Below are positions 9,294 through 17,795 of a stretch of DNA of 41,438 nucleotides, piece by piece; position 1 is the stretch's first letter; the number at the start of each line of letters is the position of its first letter. Made by a program: the position numbers and the translations under genes. The stretch comes from Terriglobales bacterium (GTDB lineage: Bacteria; Acidobacteriota; Terriglobia; Terriglobales; Acidobacteriaceae), in the NCBI GenBank assembly GCA_035275665.1, contig DATEMI010000230.1, forward strand, positions 1 to 41,438. Reading direction: 5' to 3'. The notes under the pieces were generated by a model, which ran no database searches, was not told where the DNA came from, and was given only the letters and a program-made list of their open reading frames with translations.

Positions 9294-9382
9294 CTCAATC
9301 TCCTTCAATGGGTATCGATTGATCCCAGGGTCATTCTGCTTATTTCATTGCCAAGTGAACGGCGGCATTGGTCCAAAGGATT

Positions 9383-10864
9383 CTACGAGGTGCCTAAAAA
9401 CACATCAGCATAATCCATCAAGGCTTGCGGGAATGGAGGGCTGTAGTTCGACAGGAAGACAGACACGACATTGCGCTCAACATATAACTTCAATCCCGAA
9501 TCCACCCCCGGCCCGCCGCCCGTATGCGCAAAGATCAGGTTGCTCTCTTGAGAACTGCACTCGCAGCCGAGCCCCTGCCGAATGAGCACTTCGAAGCCCT
9601 TGTGGTCGAGAAGTTTTCCCGATTCGAGGGCCTCTGCAAATCGGAACAGGTCTTCGATCGTGGAATATTCGCCGCCGGGACCGACTGCGGGTCCCCTTAG
9701 CAGCTTTCCATAGAAGGCCTCCGCACTAACCCACGGCGCACCGGTATTAAGAGGATCGTCGACGTTGTCTCTGTAATAGCGGATCGCGCGACCGCGCGGT
9801 TCCTCTGAGCTTGTTCGCCGCATCCCAGCCGGGCGGAAGATATGGTCTGCCAAATAGTGGCGGAACTCTTCTCCAGATACCGATTCAACGATCATGCTGG
9901 CTACCAGAAATCCGGTATTACTGTAGGACTGTCCGTGCCCAGGCTCGAACAGGAGAGGATCGTATGCGAATAGTGGGTAGTAGTCCGTCAGTCGGCGGAC
10001 CGGGGTTCCAGGAGATTGTCTCGAAAAGATGTCTGCTAGTCCTGAGGTGTGAGTGAGAAGCTCGCGGAGTGTGATTTTAGATGCGGCAGCCTTGTTTGGG
10101 TAACCTGGCAAGTACCGGATGATCGGTTCGTCATAGCTTAATTTGCCTTCTGAAACGAGTTGCGCTACAGCTACCCCCGTAAAAAGCTTCCCAAGAGATG
10201 CGATGAAAAACGGCGTATCCGTGGAGATTGGGATATGACGTGCTCTGTCAGCGTCGCCGTATGCACCACGGAACAGAATCTTTCCATGTCGGGCAATAAG
10301 CACAGCGCCCGAGAAAAGCTGCCCGTCTGATGCTTCCTCAAAAGCACGCTTAAGTGTCTCCAGTCGTGTCTCGGTTGGGACGTCGGGTTCTGGCTTTGGC
10401 AGGAAAGTCTCTGGTCCGGGAGATAATGCGACCATCTGGTAGCTCTTAATGCGGCATGGCTCACTGTTCCCACACTCCAGATCGATATAGAGCTTCCCTC
10501 CCTTCAGTTTTGTTTTTGCGAATGCCGTGATTCCGGTACCGTGCGGGTACGCGGATTCCACAAGCAGTCCTCCGCTTCGCTTTCGGACGTTATCGAGTGT
10601 TCGGGTGACCTCATCGGGCTCGCAACAATGGGTGGACCAAGAATCTTGGTCGGTGTGATCTGTATCGAAGTTCTTCTGGACGAAGGATGCAATTTGGCCG
10701 GGATCCTGGGAATTGATCGCATCGATAAGTTTCTTTAGGGCCGGCTTGGCCGGTCCCGTTTGCGGGCCAGGCACTTGCAACTTCGTTTGCGCGGTTCCAA
10801 GGCCACCTATCGAGATGAATCCACACACGAATAGAGCAGCAAGAAAGCTATTTGTTCTTAACAC
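9383..10864 (-). CDS. exported beta-lactamase-family serine hydrolase with extra N-terminal domain
   Basis: Motifs: SxxK (IASLGK), YxN (YSNTGF), HTG (FAHTGGGPG). Likely GTG start at 10864, preceded by GGGGGA, gives signal peptide MLRTNSFLAALFVCGFISIGGLGTAQT. Overlaps the TetR stop by 17 nt. Confidence 0.85.
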   Translation of the reverse strand: MLRTNSFLAALFVCGFISIGGLGTAQTKLQVPGPQTGPAKPALKKLIDAINSQDPGQIASFVQKNFDTDHTDQDSWSTHCCEPDEVTRTLDNVRKRSGGLLVESAYPHGTGITAFAKTKLKGGKLYIDLECGNSEPCRIKSYQMVALSPGPETFLPKPEPDVPTETRLETLKRAFEEASDGQLFSGAVLIARHGKILFRGAYGDADRARHIPISTDTPFFIASLGKLFTGVAVAQLVSEGKLSYDEPIIRYLPGYPNKAAASKITLRELLTHTSGLADIFSRQSPGTPVRRLTDYYPLFAYDPLLFEPGHGQSYSNTGFLVASMIVESVSGEEFRHYLADHIFRPAGMRRTSSEEPRGRAIRYYRDNVDDPLNTGAPWVSAEAFYGKLLRGPAVGPGGEYSTIEDLFRFAEALESGKLLDHKGFEVLIRQGLGCECSSQESNLIFAHTGGGPGVDSGLKLYVERNVVSVFLSNYSPPFPQALMDYADVFLGTS

Positions 10865-11507
10865 GGTTTCCCCCTGAACTGTTCCGATCCGATGGTGGGG
10901 CTTCTGGCTCGTGTGGCTTTGAAATCGCTCTAGGAATTCCAGCCACGACGAGTTCTGCAATCTTAGAAACACGTTCTTCGATTTCACGACGCGCCTTCAA
11001 TTGACGGGCATTCAAACTGAATGGCATCAGGGCGTTCGTCGAAAGCACGAGAGCAAGCGCCGTCAATTCCAAATCAACTACCGCAACTTCATTCTTGCGG
11101 ACCCCTTCTTTCAAGAGGCTGAGCACAAGATCCGACTCGTTTGTGAAATACCGTTCCCGATGAACCATGTAGGATGGCCGGATTGCGGCAAACATTTCAT
11201 CGAACTTCGCCGGCAGACTTCGCGTGAAGTCAATTGCGAACAAAACCCGGCCAATTAAAATCCGTCGTATTCTCTCCAGAACCGGCGCATCGAGTTCGGC
11301 AAGTTGCCGCAAGTGTGTCATAAGACGGGCATGAATCTTATCTGCGCACTCAATACCGATCTCATTCTTATTCTTAAAGTGTAGGTACACAGCAGCCCTT
11401 GAGATGCCGGCCTCGCGGGCGATTTCCTCCATGCTGATTTTGCCAAATCCGAATCTCCCGATGAGAGCTTCTGCAGCGTCCAGTATTCGTGCACGTGTCT
11501 CAATCAT
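10848..11507 (-). CDS. TetR-family transcriptional regulator
   Basis: From ATG 11507: MIETRARILDAAEALIGRFGFGKISMEEIAREAGISRAAVYLHFKNKNEI, a canonical TetR HTH. Confidence 0.9.
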   Translation of the reverse strand: MIETRARILDAAEALIGRFGFGKISMEEIAREAGISRAAVYLHFKNKNEIGIECADKIHARLMTHLRQLAELDAPVLERIRRILIGRVLFAIDFTRSLPAKFDEMFAAIRPSYMVHRERYFTNESDLVLSLLKEGVRKNEVAVVDLELTALALVLSTNALMPFSLNARQLKARREIEERVSKIAELVVAGIPRAISKPHEPEAPPSDRNSSGGNRVKNK

Positions 11508-11774
11508 TGAGACCACAGTGTAGACACATAGACGCATAGTGTCAAGCCGTCCAACTTCGGACTCGGATCGGTGTGCCAGTATGCCCCTGGTATGGGTAAT
11601 GAGCCGCAAGTTGAAGAGGCCCGCAGGTGCCCGGACGAGACGCCTCGCATGCACTTGCGACCAAATCCTGGCCCAGCGAAGACGGCTGCAAGGCCAATCA
11701 CAACAGTCAGTAAGACACGCGCATCGTAGCCTGACATTCAATTCGATCTGCTTCAATTGGTGTACTTGCTCCCG

Positions 11775-12212
11775 CTACAAATATGTGATCACGATTCTCA
11801 AATGCATCTCGCCACCCGAATAGGCAACGGCCGCGTCATGGAACTTTGGCGGGCCGAAGTGGCCCCTTGCGTTGTTCGACGCCCCCACACCTTCACGTGG
11901 AATTCCGAGGAAGTTCGTATCGAGTCTGCCATTGGAGTTTTCGTCATGGAACACCGAAATGGCATAGGTCCCTGGTTGAATGCCGGAAAATTCACAATCC
12001 GCATGTCGATTCGCGATGGGGGATTTTGAGTGAGCAATGGCCTCTCCAGCATTCTTTGGGAAGCCTTCCGCGGAGGAGTAGAGGGAACAGATCACTTGCC
12101 CCTTGTCGGTGCGGAATCCGTCGATCCCTACGTGGATGACATTATGCGGGTTGCTCGAAGGGATCTGAAGGATTAGGAAACAGCACAGCAGGGTTGAAAG
12201 GGATGCCAACAT
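11775..12212 (-). CDS. DUF2141-family exported protein
   Basis: Signal peptide, then ...PGTYAISVFHDENSNGRLDTNFLGIPREGVGASNNARGHFGPPKF, the signature block of DUF2141. Confidence 0.85.
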   Translation of the reverse strand: MLASLSTLLCCFLILQIPSSNPHNVIHVGIDGFRTDKGQVICSLYSSAEGFPKNAGEAIAHSKSPIANRHADCEFSGIQPGTYAISVFHDENSNGRLDTNFLGIPREGVGASNNARGHFGPPKFHDAAVAYSGGEMHLRIVITYL

Positions 12213-12214
12213 CG

Positions 12215-12904
12215 TTATGTCTCCTCCAAATGATCAAGCGCTGAGATCTTTCGACTGCGGAACAGGAGTGAAAGCGCGGCTGCCAGCCACCACACCGCCT
12301 GAATGCTTCCAAGTGACGTAACGGATCCAGGCAACGCGAGCGTAAGCAAGGATGCGATTCCTACGACAGCGAACGTCCCGCCGAGCCCGAGGGCCAAGTA
12401 GCCGATAACTCGGGGGATAATTCTGGAAGTGATCAGGACTATCCCGAGCGGCAGGAAAAGCGCGGGCGCAGACACGATGAAGTAGAGATGCTGGACTGAA
12501 CTGATCAGGCTGGTCCCGATTTCCATCATTCCCGAGGGAGTCGTGAACAGCGCGCAGATGTAGAACGTGACCTCTATCAGATTGACCGTCATCAGAGTCG
12601 TCGCGCCGAACAAGGTCATCCATCCTGAGAGCCGACGATCTGCACCGGACAGATGAACAAGTGCAAATGCAAACAGAACGACAAAGATTGGGCCTACCGC
12701 CTGGAGCCACGCACCCCACAAGACCGATTTGGACGACTGTTCAACAAACCTCGCGAGAGCGGGTCCTGAGGATCCCGGCGGTGGCCCTGTGTTAATTGAG
12801 AAAGAGATGATCAGCATCAGAACCCCCAGAATCCCGCTGAGGGCGCTAAGGATGCAGAACGGCCGAGTTGTCTTGACGCTGTGAGTCATATTGTTTCCTT
12901 TCAT
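12215..12904 (-). CDS. polytopic membrane protein (DUF4386-like, tentative)
   Basis: 229-aa ORF with about 6 hydrophobic spans. There is a 2-nt gap to the downstream DUF2141 gene. Confidence 0.7.
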   Translation of the reverse strand: MKGNNMTHSVKTTRPFCILSALSGILGVLMLIISFSINTGPPPGSSGPALARFVEQSSKSVLWGAWLQAVGPIFVVLFAFALVHLSGADRRLSGWMTLFGATTLMTVNLIEVTFYICALFTTPSGMMEIGTSLISSVQHLYFIVSAPALFLPLGIVLITSRIIPRVIGYLALGLGGTFAVVGIASLLTLALPGSVTSLGSIQAVWWLAAALSLLFRSRKISALDHLEET

Positions 12905-12971
12905 CTGCGTCCTGCCAGGAGGAACCGGGGAGGGATCAATTGAATGGCCGGCTCAATTCAGCAAACATTTA

Positions 12972-13787
12972 TCACTCCGACGTGCCGTCACCCGCTTTCC
13001 GCCTGTGGAATGCACGTTTGATTTCGGGACTGAATTCCCGGATCACGTATATCGCCGATGTAACGCCTACCGCGACGTTCGCTTGCCGAAAGCCGTATCC
13101 AGTTGCTGTGTACTTTCCCGGATACCACTTCGTCATGAGCATTGATCCGCCATAGATTCCGGCCAGACCTGAAACGTCGGGATAGATGTGTCCGTTGTCG
13201 CCATAGGTGAAAACCGTTCTGCCCACGGCGTGGAGAGTGCGCGGAAATGCTCCTCGGCACGAACAGTGAAAATACCGCGTGTCCTGATGAAGGGCGGCAG
13301 CGAGAGAGGAATGTATGGTCCCACCAATCGTAAACCTGGCGAATTCCGATCCAACGTGTTCCGATAGGCCAGCCATTCCCGAATCCCAACGGGGAACATC
13401 CCCCAAGTGGTCCCCTAAGCCCGTAAAAAACGCCTGGAAGAAAGCTCCATACGAGTCGAAATTCTGGTCCTTGTAATCCTGCCAGCGTTCCTGTCGCGTC
13501 ATGGGAGAGTACGAGAACATCCGGGGCGTGGCCTGCGCTGGAGCGAGTGTGGGCTGGACAGATCCAAAAGACGGCGGAACCTCTACCGGTGACGGCCGCA
13601 TCGGCTGCGCGACAGATGAGTTCGAGATGGCAGCGGCAGCAGCCTGCCGAGGCGACGCGGCAGCCTCGTCCTGCTGTGCAAGTGCCGGAATCGCGGCCAA
13701 AAACACGATCCAGAACATCAGACAGCATCCACCGACTCCGGACCAAGTCCGCTTGCTCGCCGGACAATAAGCAAGTTTGCCGTTCAT
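12972..13787 (-). CDS. exported hypothetical protein
   Basis: From ATG 13787: MNGKLAYCPASKRTWSGVGGCCLMFWIVFLAAIPALAQQ, a signal-like N-terminus followed by a Pro/Ala-rich linker and a globular part. Confidence 0.65.
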   Translation of the reverse strand: MNGKLAYCPASKRTWSGVGGCCLMFWIVFLAAIPALAQQDEAAASPRQAAAAAISNSSVAQPMRPSPVEVPPSFGSVQPTLAPAQATPRMFSYSPMTRQERWQDYKDQNFDSYGAFFQAFFTGLGDHLGDVPRWDSGMAGLSEHVGSEFARFTIGGTIHSSLAAALHQDTRYFHCSCRGAFPRTLHAVGRTVFTYGDNGHIYPDVSGLAGIYGGSMLMTKWYPGKYTATGYGFRQANVAVGVTSAIYVIREFSPEIKRAFHRRKAGDGTSE

Positions 13788-13823
13788 GTTGTCACATCCG
13801 TCTCCTCGGTCTTGCCAGGGTTC

Positions 13824-13870
13824 TATATAGCGATTCGATATAACGACAAATATATAGCGGCTCGATATAA
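13824..13870. promoter_or_regulatory. two 20-bp direct operator-like repeats in the PadR divergent intergenic region
   Basis: TATATAGCGATTCGATATAA (13824-13843) and TATATAGCGGCTCGATATAA (13851-13870) match at 18/20 positions with a 27-bp period. Each carries an ATAT-N9-ATAT partial dyad. Confidence 0.4.
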
Positions 13871-13955
13871 AATGCAAACCAGAGTTGTGTAAAAGAGCTC
13901 TTCGGAGGCGGTTATTGAAGTTTCCCTCTCCGGACGTGAGCGGAAATGAGGACGA

Positions 13956-14504
13956 ATGTACGAACTTTTTTTATTGGGGAAGCTGCTGGAGAGGCCATGG
14001 CACGGATACGAATTCCATCAGGTACTTAATTCGGTTGTCGGGCCGGCTCGGCAGGTGAGTTGGGGTACGATTTATCCCCTCTTGCAGAGACTTGAGAAAG
14101 CCGGTCTGATTCAACGGCTGTCCGAGCCATCAGACAAGGATGATGGGCGGGGGCGCCAGCGGTACTCAATCACGCAGAAGGGGAAGCAGAAATTCCTGCA
14201 GCTAATGAGATCGGAATCCAGAAACGACCCAAACTACCGCGAAACGTTCAGGATTAAGCTCGGCAACTTCAGCCGCGTGGACATCGAAACCCAGCGCGGA
14301 ATCATCAACCGCTATCTGGACCGGCTCTCCTTAATCTCGGCTCACACCAAAGCTATGTCAGAATTGGTGTCCAAGGTCCCGGAGATGAAGGAGTCGGAGC
14401 GACGGAACATTCTGCTCGCTCTGGCACACGATCGCTTCCTTGCGGAATCAGAGATCAAATGGGTTCGCGGAAAGTTGCAGGAGGATTTGTTCACTCGCCA
14501 ATAG
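13956..14504 (+). CDS. PadR-family transcriptional regulator
   Basis: MYELFLLGKLLERPWHGYEFHQVLNSVVGPARQVSWGTIYPLLQRLEKAGLI...RQRYSITQKG is a PadR winged helix. Confidence 0.9.
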   Translation: MYELFLLGKLLERPWHGYEFHQVLNSVVGPARQVSWGTIYPLLQRLEKAGLIQRLSEPSDKDDGRGRQRYSITQKGKQKFLQLMRSESRNDPNYRETFRIKLGNFSRVDIETQRGIINRYLDRLSLISAHTKAMSELVSKVPEMKESERRNILLALAHDRFLAESEIKWVRGKLQEDLFTRQ

Positions 14505-14658
14505 CTGAGGGCGTTTTTCCACGATCGGAGCGTCAGGATTCGACCCGAGCACGATTTGCAGGGTGTCTGCGATTAAATTCAATTCCGGCGGGGATTCACC
14601 TCCTATGATAGGTCGGCATGGAACCAGTCTTCCGGACATTAAGGACCAAAATGTCTCT

Positions 14659-14677
14659 TGACCCTGCCGCAACGTCA
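14659..14677 (+). promoter_or_regulatory. possible MerR-type operator overlapping a TTGACC -35 box
   Basis: TGAC-N11-GTCA dyad overlaps TTGACC (14658-14663), 33-52 nt upstream of the MerR start. No convincing -10 box was identified. Confidence 0.2.
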
Positions 14678-14709
14678 GACTCCAAGCTGATATTCAGACG
14701 AGGACATCC

Positions 14710-15462
14710 GTGGAAAAGCCGCTCAAGACGCAGGCATTCGCCGCTCTCACCGGAGTTACGGTGCGGGCTCTGCATCATTACGACCGGATCGGGCTCCTGC
14801 GTCCCCAACGCTCGGCTGCTGGGTACCGACTTTACGGCAAGCGCGAGCTGGAACGGCTGGAACAGATCGTCGCACTGCGCTTCATCGGTGTGCCGTTGAA
14901 GCAAATGCGCCCGCTGTTGGACGGCAGCGAACTTGCCGAGGCCCTGCCCCGGCAGCGTGCCGTGCTGGAGGAGAAGCGGCGGATTCTGGGCGAAGCGATT
15001 CGAGCAATCGAGGCTGCGGAGCGGGCCCTAGCTACAGGGCAGCAGCCAGACACGGCCATCCTGACAAAAATCATCGAGGTGATTGAGATGCAAAACGAAA
15101 CCAACTGGACCGAGAAATACTATGGCCCGGAGGCACAGGAAACGGTTCGCGAGCGCCAGGCTTCGTGGACACCGGAGCTCCAGGCCAAGTCGGAGCAGGA
15201 TTGGCACACGCTCTTTCGTGATGTCGAAGCCGCGTTGGATGAGGACCCAGCGAGCGAGACAGCGCAGGCACTGGGCCGCCGATGGAAGGATCTGGTAAGC
15301 GGCTTCACTGGCGGCAATGCTGAAGTTGCCAAGGGCCTGAACCGACTCTATGCCGACCGCGGGACCTGGCCGGCATCCGCGCAGCAGCAGATGGCCGCGT
15401 TCAGCAATCCGCGCGTATGGGATTTCATGGATCACGTACTCAACTGCAAGCAACTGGGGTAG
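14710..15462 (+). CDS. MerR-family regulator with TipAS-type C-terminal domain
   Basis: N-terminal HTH: FAALTGVTVRALHHYDRIGLLRPQRSAAGYRLYGKRELERLEQIVALR. The C-terminal half (YYGPEAQE...WKDLVSGFTGGN...) resembles the TipAS antibiotic-recognition domain. Confidence 0.9.
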   Translation: MEKPLKTQAFAALTGVTVRALHHYDRIGLLRPQRSAAGYRLYGKRELERLEQIVALRFIGVPLKQMRPLLDGSELAEALPRQRAVLEEKRRILGEAIRAIEAAERALATGQQPDTAILTKIIEVIEMQNETNWTEKYYGPEAQETVRERQASWTPELQAKSEQDWHTLFRDVEAALDEDPASETAQALGRRWKDLVSGFTGGNAEVAKGLNRLYADRGTWPASAQQQMAAFSNPRVWDFMDHVLNCKQLG

Positions 15463-15475
15463 AGATGGGCGCACG

Positions 15476-15498
15476 CCACTTCGCTTTCCGCGAAGTGG
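15476..15498 (+). terminator. stem-loop just after the MerR stop codon
   Basis: CCACTTCGC-tttcc-GCGAAGTGG forms a 9-bp stem 14 nt after the stop. No U-tract follows. Confidence 0.3.
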
Positions 15499-15722
15499 GC
15501 ATGCAACTCGTAAAGCTCTACGCTTCTCAGGCATCTCGCCAGAGGCCCTCAACTGCTTCTCGAATCATCGGATGGATTCTTTCGACAAACCTTCAGCGGA
15601 GTTCCGACCCGAATGCGACATCAGCAGAACAAATCGCGCAAAAGCGACCATCTCAAAACCCATTGACCGTGGCCGAGCGTGCGGCTGCTCGATCTGGCGC
15701 CGCACGCCTACGTCATATTAGT

Positions 15723-16103
15723 TCATTCCTTCACTCCCTCAATCTGCTCCACAGCAATCGCCTTCGATCCACCACGCTCGTAAATATGTCCGGTGATCTT
15801 AACGAGCTTGCCTGCGAAGGGGAGTAGTGTGGGGCGAATGTCGGCATCCGGCATCTTCGTCGAAATTGGATGGTACACCTCGCCCTTCTTGGTCAGAATC
15901 ACCAGCGGGGAGGCCGCTCGAACACAGGCTTCGAGACACCCATTTGGTAGCGGCTTCACAACTTCTTGAAAGCGGTAGACGCATCCGCTATCGCGTAGGT
16001 AGCCAACGATGCTCTTAGCCGGAGCATCCGTGTGAATCGGCGCCTCTCCCAACATCGTTGCAGCTGCGAGCAGCATAACGGCGAAACTTATTGCTCTTTT
16101 CAT
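15723..16103 (-). CDS. exported hypothetical protein
   Basis: From ATG 16103: MKRAISFAVMLLAAATMLGEAP, a signal peptide followed by about 105 aa of unknown fold. Confidence 0.6.
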   Translation of the reverse strand: MKRAISFAVMLLAAATMLGEAPIHTDAPAKSIVGYLRDSGCVYRFQEVVKPLPNGCLEACVRAASPLVILTKKGEVYHPISTKMPDADIRPTLLPFAGKLVKITGHIYERGGSKAIAVEQIEGVKE

Positions 16104-16182
16104 TTCGATCTTCCTCCACATTCCTCGTAGTTACACAATGATTCTCCAGATTCCTCCGAAGGAATCGTTCAGATATCATCGA

Positions 16183-16890
16183 ATGATGGATGTAACCACA
16201 TCGTTGTCCAAAGCCGCCTCGCTAATTGCTGATCCATCCCGCAGCGCCATTCTATGGAGCCTGTTGGGAGGCGAATCACGTCCGGCGAGCGAACTCGCGA
16301 TGATTGCGAACATCTCTCCTCAAACAGCGAGTAACCACTTGAGGCTGCTGCTCAACGCCGGATTCGTGAAGGCCGAGGCAGTGGGAAGAAACCGGTTCTA
16401 CAAGCTGTGCACGCCTTTCATTGGCGTCGCTCTTGAATCGCTGGCTGCCACTATTGGCGGAGAAGCAAATGGCATTGCACAGAAGAGCGCGCCCGAACTA
16501 GTATTCGCCCGGACCTGTTATGACCACCTTGCAGGCGAGCTTGGGGTAATGTTCCTGAACCAATTCTGTGAAAGACAACTCATCGTCGAGTACGGCGGCG
16601 ACTATCAGCTGAGCACGACTGGCGAGAAATACTTGTGCGAGTTGGGCATTGATCGCCACGAAGCCTTTAGGAAAAGGCGCCGATTCGCGTATCCTTGCTT
16701 GGACTGGAGTCAACGGGTTCCGCATCTTGGCGGAGCCTTGGGAGCAGCACTTCTTGAGTGGCTGTTTCAATCGAAAGTGATTGCGCGGCGGAATGGAAGC
16801 CGCGCAGTCCGTGTGACTGATCCCGGCCGTGAAATGATGAAAGACATCTTCGGCATTGAGTTGAATAGAATGGGCACGGCCGTGCTATAA
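16183..16890 (+). CDS. ArsR/SmtB-family winged-helix regulator with C-terminal extension
   Basis: ADPSRSAILWSLLGGESRPASELAMIANISPQTASNHLRLLLNAGFVKAEAVGRNRFYKL. Confidence 0.8.
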   Translation: MMDVTTSLSKAASLIADPSRSAILWSLLGGESRPASELAMIANISPQTASNHLRLLLNAGFVKAEAVGRNRFYKLCTPFIGVALESLAATIGGEANGIAQKSAPELVFARTCYDHLAGELGVMFLNQFCERQLIVEYGGDYQLSTTGEKYLCELGIDRHEAFRKRRRFAYPCLDWSQRVPHLGGALGAALLEWLFQSKVIARRNGSRAVRVTDPGREMMKDIFGIELNRMGTAVL

Positions 16891-17062
16891 AGGGTTGCAA
16901 TTGCCCAGAACTGCATTGCCGCCGGATGGGCTCCTCCGCGATTTTGAGAACCTCTGGAAGCGTTAGGGGCAGGCGTATCAAGTCCCCTGCAGCAGAAACC
17001 GGCACTCAGATGGTGCCCAACACAGCCTGGATGGATCGGCGCTGGACATACACCTCCTTTGG

Positions 17063-17374
17063 CTATGCGAGTTGCTTACAGTTGAGCACACGTCTCATAA
17101 ACTCCCAGACGCGCTGATTGCTGAACGCGGCCATTTGTTGCTGCTGCAGCGCATTCCAGTTCGGAACGTCGGCCCACAAGGGGCCCAGGCCCTCCGTGAT
17201 CTCACCGTTCCCGGCAGAAAATTCCACAATCAATGCCTACCAGCGATTGCCAAGTTCTTGCGCGACCTCGCTGCAATCGCCTCCGAGTGGATCAATTTGG
17301 CGGGAAATCGCCAATGCACTCACCGAGCAAAAAATAGCTTCCGCTATGCCGACTCGCAAGGCCCCTTCAAAAGG
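17063..17374 (-). pseudogene. truncated TipAS-domain paralogue of the 14710-15462 MerR gene, with in-frame TAG
   Basis: The minus frame reads ...DCSEVAQELGNRW-TAG-ALIVEFSAGNGEITEGLGPLWADVPNWNALQQQQMAAFSNQRVWEFMRRVLNCKQLA-stop. This parallels ...ASETAQALGRRWKDLVSGFTGGN...QQQMAAFSNPRVWDFMDHVLNCKQLG. The HTH part is absent. Confidence 0.6.
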
Positions 17375-17420
17375 TCACCCGAACCATCAATTGCTAGTTG
17401 ATCAGTCGAAGTCGGGTTTG

Positions 17421-17465
17421 TGGCGGGAGCGACGGGACTCGAACCCGCGGCCTCCTGCGTGACAG
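17421..17465 (-). repeat. 3' half of tRNA-Asp(GUC) without a 5' half (att-like scar, copy 1)
   Basis: Sense strand: CTGTCAC GCAGG AGGCC GCGGG TTCGAGT CCCGT CGCTCCC G CCA (anticodon loop with GTC, variable loop, T-arm, acceptor 3' strand, CCA). The 5 nt upstream (GAAGA) cannot pair with GCAGG, and no D-arm or acceptor 5' strand is present. Confidence 0.75.
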
Positions 17466-17609
17466 TCTTCCCGTTCTAGGTTTTTCAACGACTTACAAGC
17501 CCGTGGGGAACGCCTAACACCACCAAAGTCGTGTAAGACCGCGCGTTTTGTGGATCGAATTGTGGATCCGAAAATAGAGGCCTCTTTCTGCCCAAAATGC
17601 CCAATGAGG

Positions 17610-17790
17610 TTAGGCTGCCAGAGTCTCTGGCAGGTGGTTGAAGTGGACCTGATCGGGGGCTTCCGTTCAGGCTGGAGTGAGGGCGTCATCGGAACTCGAG
17701 TAACGGCCCAGGGACGAGCGCGCCTCGCCACCGAAGTATAAGCCGTCAGGCAGACTTCCTCGTACCTGGCCGACCGATGGATTTTGGGCC
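17610..17790 (-). mobile_element. IS3-family transposase C-terminal remnant (frameshifted)
   Basis: Across three minus frames: RYEEVCLTAYTSVA / ARSSLGRY / RPHSSLNGSPPDQVHFNHLPETLAA-stop. This resembles the end of IS3 (IS407-group) OrfB, ...YEEVYL.AY.SV.EAR.S.GRY..FYN..RPHSSL.G.TPDQ.YF. Confidence 0.5.
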
Positions 17791-17795
17791 GATAG

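Noticed and set aside
13824-13870. The 27-bp-period repeats as a mini CRISPR array.
   Set aside because: There are only two units, the spacer is 7 nt, the sequence is AT-rich and lies in a divergent promoter, and no cas genes are present.
8401-17239. Recurrent in-frame TAG codons followed by sensible protein sequence (8401, 9009, 17237) as evidence for TAG reassignment or read-through.
   Set aside because: TAG terminates clearly intact genes here (TetR 10848, beta-lactamase-family gene 9383, DUF2141 gene 11775). The interrupted genes also carry TGA stops, frameshifts or truncations, so pseudogenisation is the simpler explanation.
17421-17497. The tRNA-like sequences at 17421 and 33555 as functional tRNA-Asp genes.
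   Set aside because: Only the 3' 45 nt are tRNA-like. The sequence where the anticodon-stem 5' strand, D-arm and acceptor 5' strand should be cannot pair with the 3' half.
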